DNA from: an uncultured Maritimibacter sp.
GTDB lineage: Bacteria; Pseudomonadota; Alphaproteobacteria; Rhodobacterales; Rhodobacteraceae
NCBI RefSeq assembly: GCF_937129605.1
Contig: NZ_CAKZNN010000007.1
Length of the DNA stretch: 64,000 bases
Reading direction: 5' to 3' (one strand)
This document shows positions 1 to 11,532 of the stretch, one piece after another (within the stretch, counting starts at the first letter, position 1; every line of letters begins with the position of its first letter). The translations under genes and the position numbers were made by a program. Under the pieces are notes generated by a model that was given only the letters and a program-made list of their open reading frames with translations, made no database searches and was not told the origin of the DNA.

Positions 1-796
1 GGTCCTTGATGTCGCCCGGCGCACGGTCCGCCGAGATGATGATCTGCTTGTTCTGGTCCACCAGCGCATTGAAGGTGTGGAAGAACTCTTCCTGCGTGGA
101 ATCCTTGCCCGCGATGAACTGCACGTCATCGACCATGAGCACGTCGACGGAACGGAACATGTGCTTGAAGTCCATCATCTGCTTGTCGCGCAGCGCCTGC
201 ACGAAGCGATACATGAACTGTTCTGCCGACAGGTAGAGCACCCGAAGGTCCGGGCGGCGCGCGGTCATCTCATGCGCGATGGCGTGCATGAGGTGCGTCT
301 TGCCGAGGCCCACGCCACCATAAAGGAACAGCGGGTTGAAGGTGACGGGCCCACCGTCGGCCACACGCCGGGCAGCGGCATGGGCCAGTTCGTTGGGCTT
401 GCCGACGACGAAGTTGTCGAAGGTGAAGCGTTTGTCCAGCGGCGCGCCGGGCAGTTCGCCCCCGTTCCCGGCCGAAACCACGGCGGCGGCAGGGGCGGCA
501 GGACGGCTGTTCCCATTCGCGGGCGCCGGCGGAGTGACACGGCCCGTGGACTGCGCCTTGGGCACGACGAATTCGAGCCGCGAGACTTTGGCCCCGTCGC
601 TCACGAATTGCTTGAGGATCTGGTCCCCGAAATTGCGCTGGACCCAGTTACCCATGAAATTGGTCGGAACGATGAAGCGGGCAACGCCGTCTTCAAGATC
701 CGCGAATTCCAGCGGTGCAATCCAGTTGCGATAGTTGTTCGCCCCGACCGATTGCTCCAGCCGCTCGCGTACTCTTCCCCACATAGTCTCCGCCAT
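1..796 (-). CDS. dnaA: Chromosomal replication initiator DnaA, 5' part (continues past window start)
   Basis: Not in ORF track (no stop in window). Manual translation from ATG 796 gives MAETMWGRVRERLEQSVGANNYRNWI..., and the same frame ends ...VDVLMVDDVQFIAGKDSTQEEFFHTFNALVDQNKQIIISADRAPGDIKD, the DnaA AAA+ signature. Lies next to rpsT as in other alphaproteobacteria. Confidence 0.97.
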   Translation of the reverse strand, partial: MAETMWGRVRERLEQSVGANNYRNWIAPLEFADLEDGVARFIVPTNFMGNWVQRNFGDQILKQFVSDGAKVSRLEFVVPKAQSTGRVTPPAPANGNSRPAAPAAAVVSAGNGGELPGAPLDKRFTFDNFVVGKPNELAHAAARRVADGGPVTFNPLFLYGGVGLGKTHLMHAIAHEMTARRPDLRVLYLSAEQFMYRFVQALRDKQMMDFKHMFRSVDVLMVDDVQFIAGKDSTQEEFFHTFNALVDQNKQIIISADRAPGDIKD

Positions 797-1463
797 CTTT
801 TTTGACCTGTTTCATCTGGCCACAAGCCCCGGACCCAAGTCTCCGAAGGCATGACCGCTCAACTCAAAAACGGACGCCTGAACGCGCCACTCTACCCGCG
901 CCTTTGTTTGGTGCGAGACGACCAGCGTGCTGACATTGGGCCAAGCCCCGACGGCACCCCGGCAGGGATCGCCATCAGGCAGGAAAACGGCATACATGCC
1001 CGCGAAGGCACATCGCGGCCAGTATAACTGTCAAAAATACCGAAGGTGTCCCCTCAGATCCCCTCGGTGCGGTCCTCGTGCAGAGATCCCCATCCCTGCT
1101 AACCGCCTGTCCCAAGTCAGCGACGTTTGTCGCTTGGTCAAAGTAGTTTCCGGGGACAACGAGTCGCAACCGATCAATCATCTTGACTCAAACTTAGCGC
1201 ATCCGAATCCGGGGTCGCTTTCACTAATCCAATTTCGCCTCTGGAAACTAAGGGCGAAATCGCTTCCAGCGATCGTGATCACGAATCGTGGTCGCCTTAG
1301 AATGTGTCCGCCGCGCACCATGTTCAGGGTCTGGCAGGGGCAAATCTGCATTTGATCCGGGCAAGCGCCCGCGCTTTGGGCGGGCCGCGTGGAATCACCC
1401 GCCGGACGTTGCGTCAGTGTCCCCGCAGCAGTCCTCGCGATCAGACAGGTCAGCACGCAAAAC

Positions 1464-1496
1464 GAAAACGCGGGAACCTTTCGGTCCCCGCGTTTC
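1464..1496 (-). terminator. Intrinsic terminator downstream of rpsT
   Basis: Stem-loop GAAAACGCGGGAACC-TTTC-GGTCCCCGCGTTTC with a T-rich tail on the minus strand. Confidence 0.75.
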
Positions 1497-1535
1497 ATCC
1501 GTCTGCCTGCTTGAAAGTCTCAAGCCGGCGAGAAA

Positions 1536-1799
1536 TCAGGCCAGCGTTTTCACGCGATGGGTCAGGCGCGACATTTTCCGCGCGGCGGTGTTCTTGTGGT
1601 AAACGCCCTTGGTGACACCCCGCATCAGTTCAGGCTGGGCAGCCTTGAGCGCGGCAGCGGCGGCATCTTTGTCGCCGGCGGTAAGCGCCTCTTCGACCTT
1701 GCGCAGGTAGGTGCGGATGCGCGAACGGCGGGCTTTGTTGACGTCGAAGCGACGCTCGTTCTGACGGGCGCGTTTCTTGGACTGCGGCGAGTTGGCCAT
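1536..1799 (-). CDS. rpsT: 30S ribosomal protein S20
   Basis: [17 protein letters not shown]...[10 protein letters not shown]...[12 protein letters not shown]. Confidence 0.98.
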   Translation of the reverse strand: MANSPQSKKRARQNERRFDVNKARRSRIRTYLRKVEEALTAGDKDAAAAALKAAQPELMRGVTKGVYHKNTAARKMSRLTHRVKTLA

Positions 1800-2060
1800 G
1801 GTGATCTTCCCTTCGTCGGGTTTGGTTCAATACTGGTTGCACGAGACAAATCCCGACCGGGTTCTCTACCGGCATCTTCCGACCAAGCGGGTCTCACGCG
1901 CATATGAGGTGTGCCTATAAGGGGTCCGGGCCGCGTTGTGAAGCCGATTCTCACGATGGCACTGCTCGGGCCGCAATCTGCCGCCCGCCCCCTTTACGCG
2001 GAGCTTGCGGATTACAATATGCTGGCATCATGCTGCGATGCAGCGAAAAGGAGTGCCCGG

Positions 2061-3104
2061 ATGGCAAAGGACACGCTGACCACGACCAAGATCGACGTTG
2101 CCCTGCAGGGGGGCGGCGCGCATGGCGCCTTTACCTGGGGAGTGCTCGACCGGCTGTTTCGCGACGAAACCATCGCCGTGGGCGCGCTGTCGGGTGCCTC
2201 GGCGGGGGCGATGAACGCCCTCGTGGCGGCCTCGGGGCTGGTCCGGGGTGGCAATACGGCGGCGCGTGAAGATCTGCGCGTCTTCTGGACCGCGGTGAAC
2301 GAGGCGGCACGGCGCGTGACACCGTTCCTGCCGATCTTCGACCCGATCAACGCATGGCTCCGGGCCTCGTCCCGCTGGCTCGACGCCTTCACGGCCGGGC
2401 GCACGAGCTTTACCGCCTCGCCCATGGCCGGGCTGCCCGCGCAGGACATGCTCCGGCGGATCCTGTCGGATGTCATCGACTTCGACGCCCTGCGACGGCC
2501 CGAGGCGCCACGGCTTTTCATCGCGGCGACCCATGTGCAGACCGGGCTCGCCCGCATCTTCACCAACGAAGAGCTGACGCCAGACGTGCTGCTTGCCTCG
2601 GCCTGTCTGCCCACGGTGTTCCCCCCCGTGACCATTGACGGCGAAGATTACTGGGACGGCGGTTTCGCCGCGAATCCGCCCGTCATGCAGCTGGTCGAGA
2701 ACACCGCGACCCGCGATCTCGTGCTCGTCACGATCAATCCTTATCGGCGGCTGGGCACACCACGGCTAGCCACCGACATCCCCGACCGGATCAGCGAGCT
2801 GACCTTCAACCAGTCGCTTCTGGCCGAGCTGCGCGCCATCGCCATGCTGAAGGAAGAATTTCGCGACGACCCGAGCAGTTGCCGGAGCAGCGTCGTGAAG
2901 TCGGTCGCCAACCTGCGCTTCCACGAGATCAACAACGAAGAGGCGATGGGCGAATTCGACCCCATGTCCAAGCTCTTTCCGTCCTGGTCGCTCCTGACCG
3001 AGCTGCACGGGATCGGGGAACGCACGACGGCGCACTGGCTACGAAAGAACAGGGCGCGGCTGGGCCAGACCTCGACCGCGCAACTGATCGAACGCTTCGG
3101 CTAG
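2061..3104 (+). CDS. Patatin-like phospholipase family protein
   Basis: GGGAHGAF glycine loop, GASAG nucleophile motif, DGG motif. Start placed at ATG 2061 after an AAGGAG RBS. Confidence 0.9.
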   Translation: MAKDTLTTTKIDVALQGGGAHGAFTWGVLDRLFRDETIAVGALSGASAGAMNALVAASGLVRGGNTAAREDLRVFWTAVNEAARRVTPFLPIFDPINAWLRASSRWLDAFTAGRTSFTASPMAGLPAQDMLRRILSDVIDFDALRRPEAPRLFIAATHVQTGLARIFTNEELTPDVLLASACLPTVFPPVTIDGEDYWDGGFAANPPVMQLVENTATRDLVLVTINPYRRLGTPRLATDIPDRISELTFNQSLLAELRAIAMLKEEFRDDPSSCRSSVVKSVANLRFHEINNEEAMGEFDPMSKLFPSWSLLTELHGIGERTTAHWLRKNRARLGQTSTAQLIERFG

Positions 3105-3982
3105 AGGATGTCGCGCCAGTCGTAGCGCGGCTGAAAGCCCACGAGCCGCTTGGCCTTGGCGTTGGAATAGAAGGTCTCGCGCTCGCCCATCTCGGCACGC
3201 TTGGGCACGCCCTGATAGAACCGCGTGATGAGTTCCGGCGTCGTTGCCGCCACCGAATGGTGGTCGTTGGACACGTTGAACACCTCATAGCCCAGCCCGT
3301 TCGTGCGCAGGCAGCAGTCAACCATCTGGCCGAGGTCGCGGGCGTCGATGTAGGCGAATATGTTGCGACGGCGCTTTTCCGGGTCGTTCACAAATGTCGG
3401 GAACAACGTCTCGTATTCATGCGGCTCGATCACGTTGTTGATCCGAAGGCCATAGATATCTGCCCCCGTGCGCGCCTGAAAACTGCGCGCCGTCGCCTCG
3501 TTCACCACCTTTGACATGGCATAGCTGTCGTGGGGGACCGTCGGGTGATCCTCGTCGATGGGGATGTAGTCGGGCCTCTTCTCGCCTTGGGCGAAGCAGA
3601 TCGCATAGGTGGTTTCGGACGAGGCAAAGATCACCTTGGGCACACCAGCCCGCGCCGCCGCCTCGAGCACGTTGTAGGTGGCCAGCGTATTGGTGCGGTA
3701 ACATTCGGCGTCCGAGGTGACGAGGATGCGGGGCACGGCGGCGAAATGCACGATGGCGTCGAAGGATGGCTTCTCGGGCAGGTCGAGTTCGTCGAGGGCT
3801 GCGTAATTCAGCACCGTGTCCATCACCTGACCCGCGTCGGTCAGGTCCACATGCCGCGTCTCGACCCCGTCAAGGTCGAACGGCCTCAGATCAACGTTGA
3901 GCACCCGGTGCCCGGCCTCGACGAGATAGCGAACCGCGTGTTTGCCCGCCTTGCCGGACCCGCCGGTGAAAAGAATGCGCAT
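3101..3982 (-). CDS. NAD-dependent epimerase/dehydratase (extended SDR)
   Basis: TGGSGKAG Rossmann motif, HFAA, YAMSK (YxxxK). Confidence 0.9.
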   Translation of the reverse strand: MRILFTGGSGKAGKHAVRYLVEAGHRVLNVDLRPFDLDGVETRHVDLTDAGQVMDTVLNYAALDELDLPEKPSFDAIVHFAAVPRILVTSDAECYRTNTLATYNVLEAAARAGVPKVIFASSETTYAICFAQGEKRPDYIPIDEDHPTVPHDSYAMSKVVNEATARSFQARTGADIYGLRINNVIEPHEYETLFPTFVNDPEKRRRNIFAYIDARDLGQMVDCCLRTNGLGYEVFNVSNDHHSVAATTPELITRFYQGVPKRAEMGERETFYSNAKAKRLVGFQPRYDWRDIL

Positions 3983-4018
3983 GGTGCCTCTCCAGTTGTC
4001 GGCGATAGCCCTAACAGA

Positions 4019-4423
4019 TCACTCGGCGCAGCGCACGTAGTCGAAGCTGCCCGCGTTCTCGTCGTCGCCTGTGTCGAGCCGGGTGAGCGTGTCGCCCCCG
4101 TCAGACAGCGTGAGCACAAGGTCGCGCTCCCATTCCATGCCCTCGCCGGTAAAGGCGAACTGGCCCTGAAGCTCGGTCTCGGACCCGCCCGTCACGGCCG
4201 CGAGCGTCCCGCGCGATTCGTAGAAGCGCAGCGTGTCACCCTCGACCACCATCAGCCCCTTGGCGATGGAAGGATCGGCGGTGCATTCGGTCGCGGTCAG
4301 GCCCCATCGGCCCTGCATGTCCGCAGGAATACCAGTCGGCACCTCGGCCGCGCCCACAGTCTCTGCCGTGTCGGGGTCGCAGCCCAGAAGGGCGAGCGGG
4401 ATCATCAGAACGAGTGCTTTCAT
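4019..4423 (-). CDS. Hypothetical lipoprotein
   Basis: Hydrophobic N-terminus ending LLGC (lipobox), acidic mature part with QGRWG..EC motif. Confidence 0.75.
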   Translation of the reverse strand: MKALVLMIPLALLGCDPDTAETVGAAEVPTGIPADMQGRWGLTATECTADPSIAKGLMVVEGDTLRFYESRGTLAAVTGGSETELQGQFAFTGEGMEWERDLVLTLSDGGDTLTRLDTGDDENAGSFDYVRCAE

Positions 4424-4464
4424 CAGGTGTCCTCCGGACTGGTCCCATAAGAGAGCACCGGAAA

Positions 4465-4500
4465 CGAAACGGCGGCGTCGGGTGTTCCCGCGCCGCCGAT
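4465..4500 (-). terminator. Probable terminator after enoyl-CoA hydratase
   Basis: CGGCGGCG..CGCCGCCG stem followed by TTTCGTTTCC on the minus strand. Confidence 0.6.
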
Positions 4501-4521
4501 CCTCAGGCCAAAGCCTGCCGA

Positions 4522-5298
4522 TTACTTGTCGCGAAACTGCGGCTCGCGCTTTTCGATGAAGGCGGCCATGCCCTCTTTCTGGTCCTCGGTCGCGAACATC
4601 GAGTGAAACAGCCTGCGCTCGAACAGGACGGCCTCGGTGAGCGGCATCTGATCGGCGCGATGCACGGCTTCCTTGATGGCCATGACCGAGATCATCGACT
4701 TCTCGGCGATCTTCTTGGCCGCCGAGGTGGCCTCCTTCATCAGTTCCTTGCAGGGCACCACGCGGGACACCAGCCCCGAACGCTCGGCCTCTTCAGCATC
4801 CATGAAGCGGCCGGTCAGGTTCATGTCCATCGACTTGGCCCGCCCAACGAGCGCGGTCAGACGCTGGGTCCCGCCCATGCCCGCCATGACGCCAAGGTTG
4901 ATCTCGGGCTGGCCGAATTTTGCGGTGTCCGACGCGATGATGAAGTCGCACATCATAGCGAGTTCACAGCCACCGCCCAGCGCGTAGCCGCTGACCGCCG
5001 CGATGATCGGCTTGCGCACCCGCATCACCGCCTCTTCCTCGGGCGTGAAGAGATCGCCCAGGAACACGTCGGTAAAGCTCTTCTCCGACATCATCTTGAT
5101 GTCCGCGCCCGCCGCAAAAGCCTTTTCCGACCCGGTGACGATAAAGCAGCGCACCTTGTCGTTCTTCTGGCCCTCGGACAGCGCGCGGCCCAGTTCGCGC
5201 AGCAGGTCGAGGTTCAGAGCGTTGAGCGCCTCTGGCCGGTTGAGTTTGATCGTGCAGACGTATTGGTCCACGTCCACTATGATGTTTTCATATCCCAT
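4522..5298 (-). CDS. Enoyl-CoA hydratase (crotonase family)
   Basis: [21 protein letters not shown] motifs; usual position between rpsT and mutM. Confidence 0.95.
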   Translation of the reverse strand: MGYENIIVDVDQYVCTIKLNRPEALNALNLDLLRELGRALSEGQKNDKVRCFIVTGSEKAFAAGADIKMMSEKSFTDVFLGDLFTPEEEAVMRVRKPIIAAVSGYALGGGCELAMMCDFIIASDTAKFGQPEINLGVMAGMGGTQRLTALVGRAKSMDMNLTGRFMDAEEAERSGLVSRVVPCKELMKEATSAAKKIAEKSMISVMAIKEAVHRADQMPLTEAVLFERRLFHSMFATEDQKEGMAAFIEKREPQFRDK

Positions 5299-5366
5299 GA
5301 AGCCTCAGGCCCCTTCCTTGCGGTTTCAAGTGGGACTCCTACCCACAAGACCGCGCGCCTCGCAAG

Positions 5367-6218
5367 TCACGTTTGGCAAGTGGGACAGTAGAAGGAGGAC
5401 CGCCCCGATTGCACGATGCGGTGGACGGTGTCGGTGCAACCCTCTGTCACGCAAGGCAAAGTCTCGCGCCCGTAAACCCGGAAGGTGTGTTGAAAATATC
5501 CCAGTTCGCCGTCCGCCTGCCGGTAGTCGCGCAAAGAGCTTCCCCCGGCGGCAATCGCCTCGGTCAGGACGTCGCGGACAATCGGGACGAGGGACGCGAT
5601 ACGCCTGGCGGAGATGTTGCGACAACGGCGGGCGGGGTGGATACCGGCACGAAACAGCGCCTCGCAGACATAGATATTGCCCAACCCTGCCACGATACGC
5701 TGGTCGAGCAGCGCGGATTTGATGGGCGTGTTGCGGCCCTTGAGCGCGGCGACGAGGTACGTTTCGTCAAAGGCGTTGCCCAGCGGCTCCGGCCCCAGCC
5801 CGGCAAGCAGCATATGCGCCCCCTCGCCCCCGCCGGGGATCAGGTCCATCGCCCCGAACCGCCGCGCGTCGTTGAGCGTGACCCGTGCCCCGTTGTCCAT
5901 ATGCAGAACGACATGGTCGTGCTTTTCGGTCGCCGGATGGTCACGGATGAAGTGCCCCAGCGGATCGCCCGAGATCAGGATGCGGCCCGACATGCCCAGA
6001 TGCAGCAGGAACACCTCGCCCGTGTCGAGATCGCCGAGGATATACTTCGACCGCCGCCGCAGCCCCGTTACCGTCGCCCCGGTCAGCCGCTCTGCCATCC
6101 CCGGCGGAAAGGGCCAGCGCAGCCCCTCGCGCCGGACCTCAGCCTTGGCGATCCTGATGCCCGTCATCGCGGGTTCCATGCCCCGGCGGACGGTTTCGAC
6201 TTCGGGTAGTTCGGGCAT
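5367..6218 (-). CDS. mutM: Formamidopyrimidine-DNA glycosylase
   Basis: N-terminal [21 protein letters not shown]-terminal zinc finger CPTCQ. Confidence 0.97.
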   Translation of the reverse strand: MPELPEVETVRRGMEPAMTGIRIAKAEVRREGLRWPFPPGMAERLTGATVTGLRRRSKYILGDLDTGEVFLLHLGMSGRILISGDPLGHFIRDHPATEKHDHVVLHMDNGARVTLNDARRFGAMDLIPGGGEGAHMLLAGLGPEPLGNAFDETYLVAALKGRNTPIKSALLDQRIVAGLGNIYVCEALFRAGIHPARRCRNISARRIASLVPIVRDVLTEAIAAGGSSLRDYRQADGELGYFQHTFRVYGRETLPCVTEGCTDTVHRIVQSGRSSFYCPTCQT

Positions 6219-6508
6219 TCTGACCTCGGCAGTTACGTCCGGCGAATATAGGGGGCCTATGCGGGCTGCGCCATGCGGGTGCGACAAGCCAAGGTTCACG
6301 CGCCCCGCATGTCCCGACATCTCAATTCGCGCGCGCCAGCGTGAGACAGGCGCAGCTCACCTGACGGCATCGCGGGAAGAACGCGCACCTGTCGGGGCGG
6401 CGCTTGCCGGAACACCGGCCCGCCCCTTCTCCTCCCTGCGACCGATAGCTATTTGTCGTTTGCCTCAAAGCCCTATATCCCCAAGCAGACCAGAACGAGG
6501 CGCACACC

Positions 6509-7255
6509 ATGTCGGACCAGAAAACCACCCACTTCGGCTTCCAGACCGTTGACGAAGACCAGAAGGCCGGGATGGTCCATGGCGTGTTCACCAATGTCGC
6601 CTCGAAATACGACATCATGAACGACGTGATGAGCATGGGCATTCACCGCATCTGGAAGGACGCGATGATGGACTGGCTCGCGCCGCGTCCGGGGACGAAA
6701 CTGCTCGATGTCGCGGGCGGCACGGGCGACGTGGCGTTCCGTTACCTCAAACGCGCGCCGGGGGCCCATGCCACGGTCTGCGACATGACCGAGGGGATGC
6801 TGATCGAGGGCCGCAAGCGGGCGGAAGCCGAACAGATGGCAGGGAGCCTCGATTGGGTTGTGGGCGACGCCATGGCGCTCCCGTTTGAGGCCAACAGTTT
6901 CGACGTCTACACCATCAGCTTCGGCATCCGGAACGTGACCCGCATCCCCGACGCTCTGTCCGAAGCGTTTCGCGTGCTGAAACCCGGTGGCCGGCTCATG
7001 GTGCTGGAATTCAGCCAGATTCCGAACGAGCTGATGCAGAAGGCCTACGACCTCTATTCCTTCAACGTGATCCCCAAGATGGGCAAGGTCATCGCGAACG
7101 ATTCGGAAAGCTACCAGTATCTCGTGGAATCGATCCGCCAGTTCCCTGACCAGGAGAGGTTTGCGTCCATGATTCGCACGGCGGGGTTCGAACAGGTCAG
7201 CTACCGCAATCTCACCATGGGCATCGCCGCGCTGCACTCTGGCTGGAAGATCTGA
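6509..7255 (+). CDS. ubiE: Ubiquinone/menaquinone biosynthesis C-methyltransferase
   Basis: [33 protein letters not shown]. Confidence 0.97.
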   Translation: MSDQKTTHFGFQTVDEDQKAGMVHGVFTNVASKYDIMNDVMSMGIHRIWKDAMMDWLAPRPGTKLLDVAGGTGDVAFRYLKRAPGAHATVCDMTEGMLIEGRKRAEAEQMAGSLDWVVGDAMALPFEANSFDVYTISFGIRNVTRIPDALSEAFRVLKPGGRLMVLEFSQIPNELMQKAYDLYSFNVIPKMGKVIANDSESYQYLVESIRQFPDQERFASMIRTAGFEQVSYRNLTMGIAALHSGWKI

Positions 7256-8784
7256 TGCGCGGACCGATCAATATCTGGCGCCTGATCGTCACGGGCGCCA
7301 CCTTTGCCCGCACGGGTGCCCTAGGCGAGATGCTCGACGCGATGCAGGCCCCGCCGCTCATGCGCGTGACGGCACGCACGGTGTCCTGGACCTTTGCCTG
7401 GCTCGGCAAACGTGGCGACCCGGCGCTGCCACCCGTGACCCGCGCGATCACCGCATTGGGACCGGCCTATGTGAAATTCGGCCAGATCCTGTCGACCCGC
7501 CCCGATGTGGTCGGGCCCGCAATGGCCGAACAACTGACCTACCTGCAGGACAAGCTCGACCCCTTCCCCACCGCCGTCGCCCGCGCCACCATCGAGCGGG
7601 AACTGGGCGTGAAGGTGGACGACATTTTCTCGGATTTCTCCGGCCCCATCGCCGCCGCATCGATCGCGCAGGTCCACAAGGCAACGCTGCGCGCGACCGG
7701 GCAGGAGGTCGCGGTCAAGGTCCTGCGCCCGAGGATCGAGCGCGCCTTCCGCACCGACCTCGACGCCTTCCACTTCTCGGCTGCGGTGATCGAGTTCCTG
7801 CTGCCCCAGACCCGCCGCCTGCGTCCGCAGGACGTGATCCAGCATTTCGAAAACGTGGTGATGGGCGAGCTGGACCTGCGGTTAGAGGCCTCCTCGGCCT
7901 CGGAGTTCGCCGAGAACACGGCGGATGACGCGGGCTTCGTCGTGCCTCGGGTCTACTGGAACCACTCGTCCCGCCGGGTGATGACGATGGACTGGGTCGA
8001 GGGCATCCCGGCCAACGACCTCACGACCCTGCGCGCCTCCGGCCTCGACTTCGAGGCGATCGGGAACCGCATCCTGCATCTTTTCCTGTCCCACGCCCTG
8101 CGCGACGGCCTCTTTCACGGCGACATGCATCAGGGCAACCTCAAGATCGCGCCCAATGGCGACATCCTCGCCATCGACTTCGGGATCATGGGGCGGATCG
8201 ACGAATACACCCGCCGGGTCTATGCCGAAATCCTCTACGGCTTCATCAAACGCGACTACCGCCGCGTCGCCGAGGTGCATTTCGAAGCGGGCTACGTGCC
8301 CGCCGACAAGGATGTCGAGGAATTTGCCCGCGCGCTGCGCGCAGTTGGCGAGCCGATCTTCGGTATGGACGCCACTCATATCTCGATGGGCCGGCTCCTG
8401 TCCTACCTCTTCGAGGTCACCGAACGCTTCGGGATGCAGACCCGCACCGAGCTTATCCATCTTCAACGCACCATGGTCATCGTCGAAGGCGTCGCGCGCT
8501 CGCTCAATCCCTCGATCAACATCTGGCAGGTGGCCCAGCCCGTGGTCGAGGACTACGTCGCAGGCGCCATTGGCCCCAAGGCGATGCTCTCGGACCTCGC
8601 AAAGACCCTGCGCGTCCTCGCCCGCTTCGCGCCGCGTCTGCCCGACATCGCCGAGGCACAACTGATAAAGCAATCGACCCCGCCGCGCGAGCTCGACCGT
8701 GCACGCCCGCTGCGCGCCATGGGCTACTTCGCGCTTGGCGGCTCCATCGCGCTCATCGCCGTGGCCATCGCGGAACTCCTCTAG
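7255..8784 (+). CDS. ubiB: Ubiquinone biosynthesis ABC1 kinase-like protein UbiB
   Basis: GPAYVKFGQILSTRPD, AAASIAQVH, VAVKV, FHGDMHQGN, DFGI; overlaps the ubiE stop. Confidence 0.96.
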   Translation: MRGPINIWRLIVTGATFARTGALGEMLDAMQAPPLMRVTARTVSWTFAWLGKRGDPALPPVTRAITALGPAYVKFGQILSTRPDVVGPAMAEQLTYLQDKLDPFPTAVARATIERELGVKVDDIFSDFSGPIAAASIAQVHKATLRATGQEVAVKVLRPRIERAFRTDLDAFHFSAAVIEFLLPQTRRLRPQDVIQHFENVVMGELDLRLEASSASEFAENTADDAGFVVPRVYWNHSSRRVMTMDWVEGIPANDLTTLRASGLDFEAIGNRILHLFLSHALRDGLFHGDMHQGNLKIAPNGDILAIDFGIMGRIDEYTRRVYAEILYGFIKRDYRRVAEVHFEAGYVPADKDVEEFARALRAVGEPIFGMDATHISMGRLLSYLFEVTERFGMQTRTELIHLQRTMVIVEGVARSLNPSINIWQVAQPVVEDYVAGAIGPKAMLSDLAKTLRVLARFAPRLPDIAEAQLIKQSTPPRELDRARPLRAMGYFALGGSIALIAVAIAELL

Positions 8785-8910
8785 GCTTCACTGCTTCATA
8801 AATACTTCGGGAGGGTTTGGGAGGATCGCCATGGGCGCGCCATTGGTCCGAGAGACAATGGCGATGCCCTCCCAAGACCGCGCCTCTTTTGCCGGAGGCA
8901 AAAAGGCGCA
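8785..8910. repeat. Intergenic double stem-loop (REP/MITE-like) between convergent genes
   Basis: Nested inverted repeat TTGGGAGG..ATCGCCAT..ATTGGTC/GACAAT..ATGGCGAT..CCTCCCAA (8817-8875), then GCGCCTCTTTTGCC-GGA-GGCAAAAAGGCGC (8880-8909). Confidence 0.55.
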
Positions 8911-8963
8911 AGACCTACCTGCGCAAAGCGCAGTCCTGTCAACGGATACGTCAGCGCAGCCCG

Positions 8964-9755
8964 CTAGACCTCTTCGAGCAGCGACGCCTTGCCATAGCCC
9001 TCGTCGCCCCGTGCGGCTCGCCAGCGGCAATAGGCGCGCATCCGGGCCGCATAAAGCGGGGCGAGCGCGCGGTAGCGATCGGCGACCGCTGCATCGCCAT
9101 AGGCGGCGAGAAAGCCCTCGACCTCCTCCGCCGTCAACGGGTTGTTCCCCGACATCCACTGCATCGCGGGTGACAGGAACACCGCGACATCCGCCGCCGC
9201 ATCGCCGAAGGCCGGGCATTGCCAGTCGATGAAGGTCACGCGCCCGTCTGTCACCAGCGCATTCCCGGCGGTGGCATCGCCATGCAGGAACACCTCGCGC
9301 GCGGGCGGCAGGTCGTCGGGAACGGGCGGCACCTTGCCCGACATGGTAAGCGTCTGCTGCACGAGCACGTCCTTGCGCAGGTCGGCATGGGCCAGGCCCT
9401 CGGGGATCGGCTGCGCGTGCAGGGCGGCCAGTGCCTGCGCCACGACCTCGACGCCATGCGCGGGCCGCCAGACCTCGCCCTCGATCCGGCGATAGACCAC
9501 CGTGTCGCCCTCGGCGTCGATCAGCTCAGGGGCAAGCCCGGTGCCCTCGAGCGCCGTCAGCGCCAGCCGTTCCGACCGCACGTCGTTGCCAAAGATCGGC
9601 GTCTCGCCGCCCTCTCGAAACCGCTTCACGATCCGGTCGCCCACGCGCCAAGTCTCGTTGGTGTTGCCACCCGTGAGCGGCTCCCACTCATGGGCGCCGT
9701 CGACCGCGCCGCGCGCGATCCAGAAATGGGCAAACTCAACGTCCGGGGATGGCAC
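8964..9755 (-). CDS. Aminoglycoside/choline phosphotransferase family protein
   Basis: [21 protein letters not shown] and IDWQ kinase motifs; probable GTG start at 9755. Confidence 0.85.
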   Translation of the reverse strand: MPSPDVEFAHFWIARGAVDGAHEWEPLTGGNTNETWRVGDRIVKRFREGGETPIFGNDVRSERLALTALEGTGLAPELIDAEGDTVVYRRIEGEVWRPAHGVEVVAQALAALHAQPIPEGLAHADLRKDVLVQQTLTMSGKVPPVPDDLPPAREVFLHGDATAGNALVTDGRVTFIDWQCPAFGDAAADVAVFLSPAMQWMSGNNPLTAEEVEGFLAAYGDAAVADRYRALAPLYAARMRAYCRWRAARGDEGYGKASLLEEV

Positions 9756-10599
9756 CGCGCTTTTCTCCCTTACCTTCCCAGTTCTCCATCGCGGCCAGGG
9801 CCTCGTCCGCCGTCTCGACGAAACGGAACAACGCCAGATCGTCGGGCGAAATCGTGCCCGCATCCGCCAACGCGTCCCAGTTGACGATGGTTTCCCAGAA
9901 ACTGCGCCCGAACAGCAAGACCGGCACCTGCCGCATCCTCCCGGTCTGGATCAGCGTCAGCGCCTCGAACAGTTCGTCGAGGGTGCCGAAGCCGCCGGGG
10001 AAGACCGCGATCGCCTCGGCCCGCATGAGGAAGTGCATCTTGCGGATCGCGAAGTAGTGGAAGTTGAAGCACAGCTCCGGCGTCACGTATTCGTTGGGCG
10101 CCTGCTCGTGCGGCAGCACGATATTGAGCCCGATCGACACGCCGCCCGCTTCCGCAGCCCCGCGCGATCCTGCCTCCATCACACCGGGGCCGCCGCCGGT
10201 CACCACGACCTTTTCGAGCTGCGGAAACTTCATCCCCTCCTCGGTCAGTTTCTTCGCGAAGATCCGCGCTTCTTCGTAGTATATCGACAGGGCGCGCAGG
10301 GTTTCGGTTCGCGCCCTGGACGCCTGGTCGGGCGAAGGGATCCGCGCACCGCCGAACATCACCACCGTCGATTTGATCCCGGCCTCATTCATCACGAGTT
10401 CCGGTTTCATCAGCTCGAGCTGAAGCCGCACCGGACGCAGTTCGTCCCGCGTGAGAAAGTCCAGATCGTCAAAGGCGAGCCGGTAGGTCGGACTGCGCGT
10501 CTGGGCGGTATCGGGGGTCTCGTGCGCGGCGCGCCGATCCTCCTCACTGTCACGAAACGGATGGGCGCGATTGCTGGGCGGGTGGCTGTCTTCTGGCAT
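9736..10599 (-). CDS. LOG family Rossmann-fold protein (TIGR00730-like)
   Basis: [33 protein letters not shown]. Confidence 0.93.
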   Translation of the reverse strand: MPEDSHPPSNRAHPFRDSEEDRRAAHETPDTAQTRSPTYRLAFDDLDFLTRDELRPVRLQLELMKPELVMNEAGIKSTVVMFGGARIPSPDQASRARTETLRALSIYYEEARIFAKKLTEEGMKFPQLEKVVVTGGGPGVMEAGSRGAAEAGGVSIGLNIVLPHEQAPNEYVTPELCFNFHYFAIRKMHFLMRAEAIAVFPGGFGTLDELFEALTLIQTGRMRQVPVLLFGRSFWETIVNWDALADAGTISPDDLALFRFVETADEALAAMENWEGKGEKRGAIPGR

Positions 10600-10704
10600 G
10601 CTCGTCCTTTATGCCGCGTTGCGCGGACTGGTTTGACCCACTATAGCCGGGCGCGAACAGACGAAAACCGCCAAATTCCGGCAATCCAAAATCGGGGAGA
10701 GACG

Positions 10705-11509
<805 letters not shown>

Positions 11510-11532
<23 letters not shown>

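Noticed and set aside
797-1535. oriC next to dnaA
   Set aside because: No consensus DnaA-box cluster or extended AT-rich unwinding region; alphaproteobacterial origins are usually not adjacent to dnaA.
8843-8856. TGGTCCGAGAG resembling part of the guanidine-I (ykkC) riboswitch
   Set aside because: The other conserved blocks are absent and no co-directional gene lies downstream (convergent gene ends).
9502-10704. 676-aa ORF extending dapD upstream
   Set aside because: The extension is antisense to the LOG and phosphotransferase genes; the real DapD starts at 10705 with an RBS.
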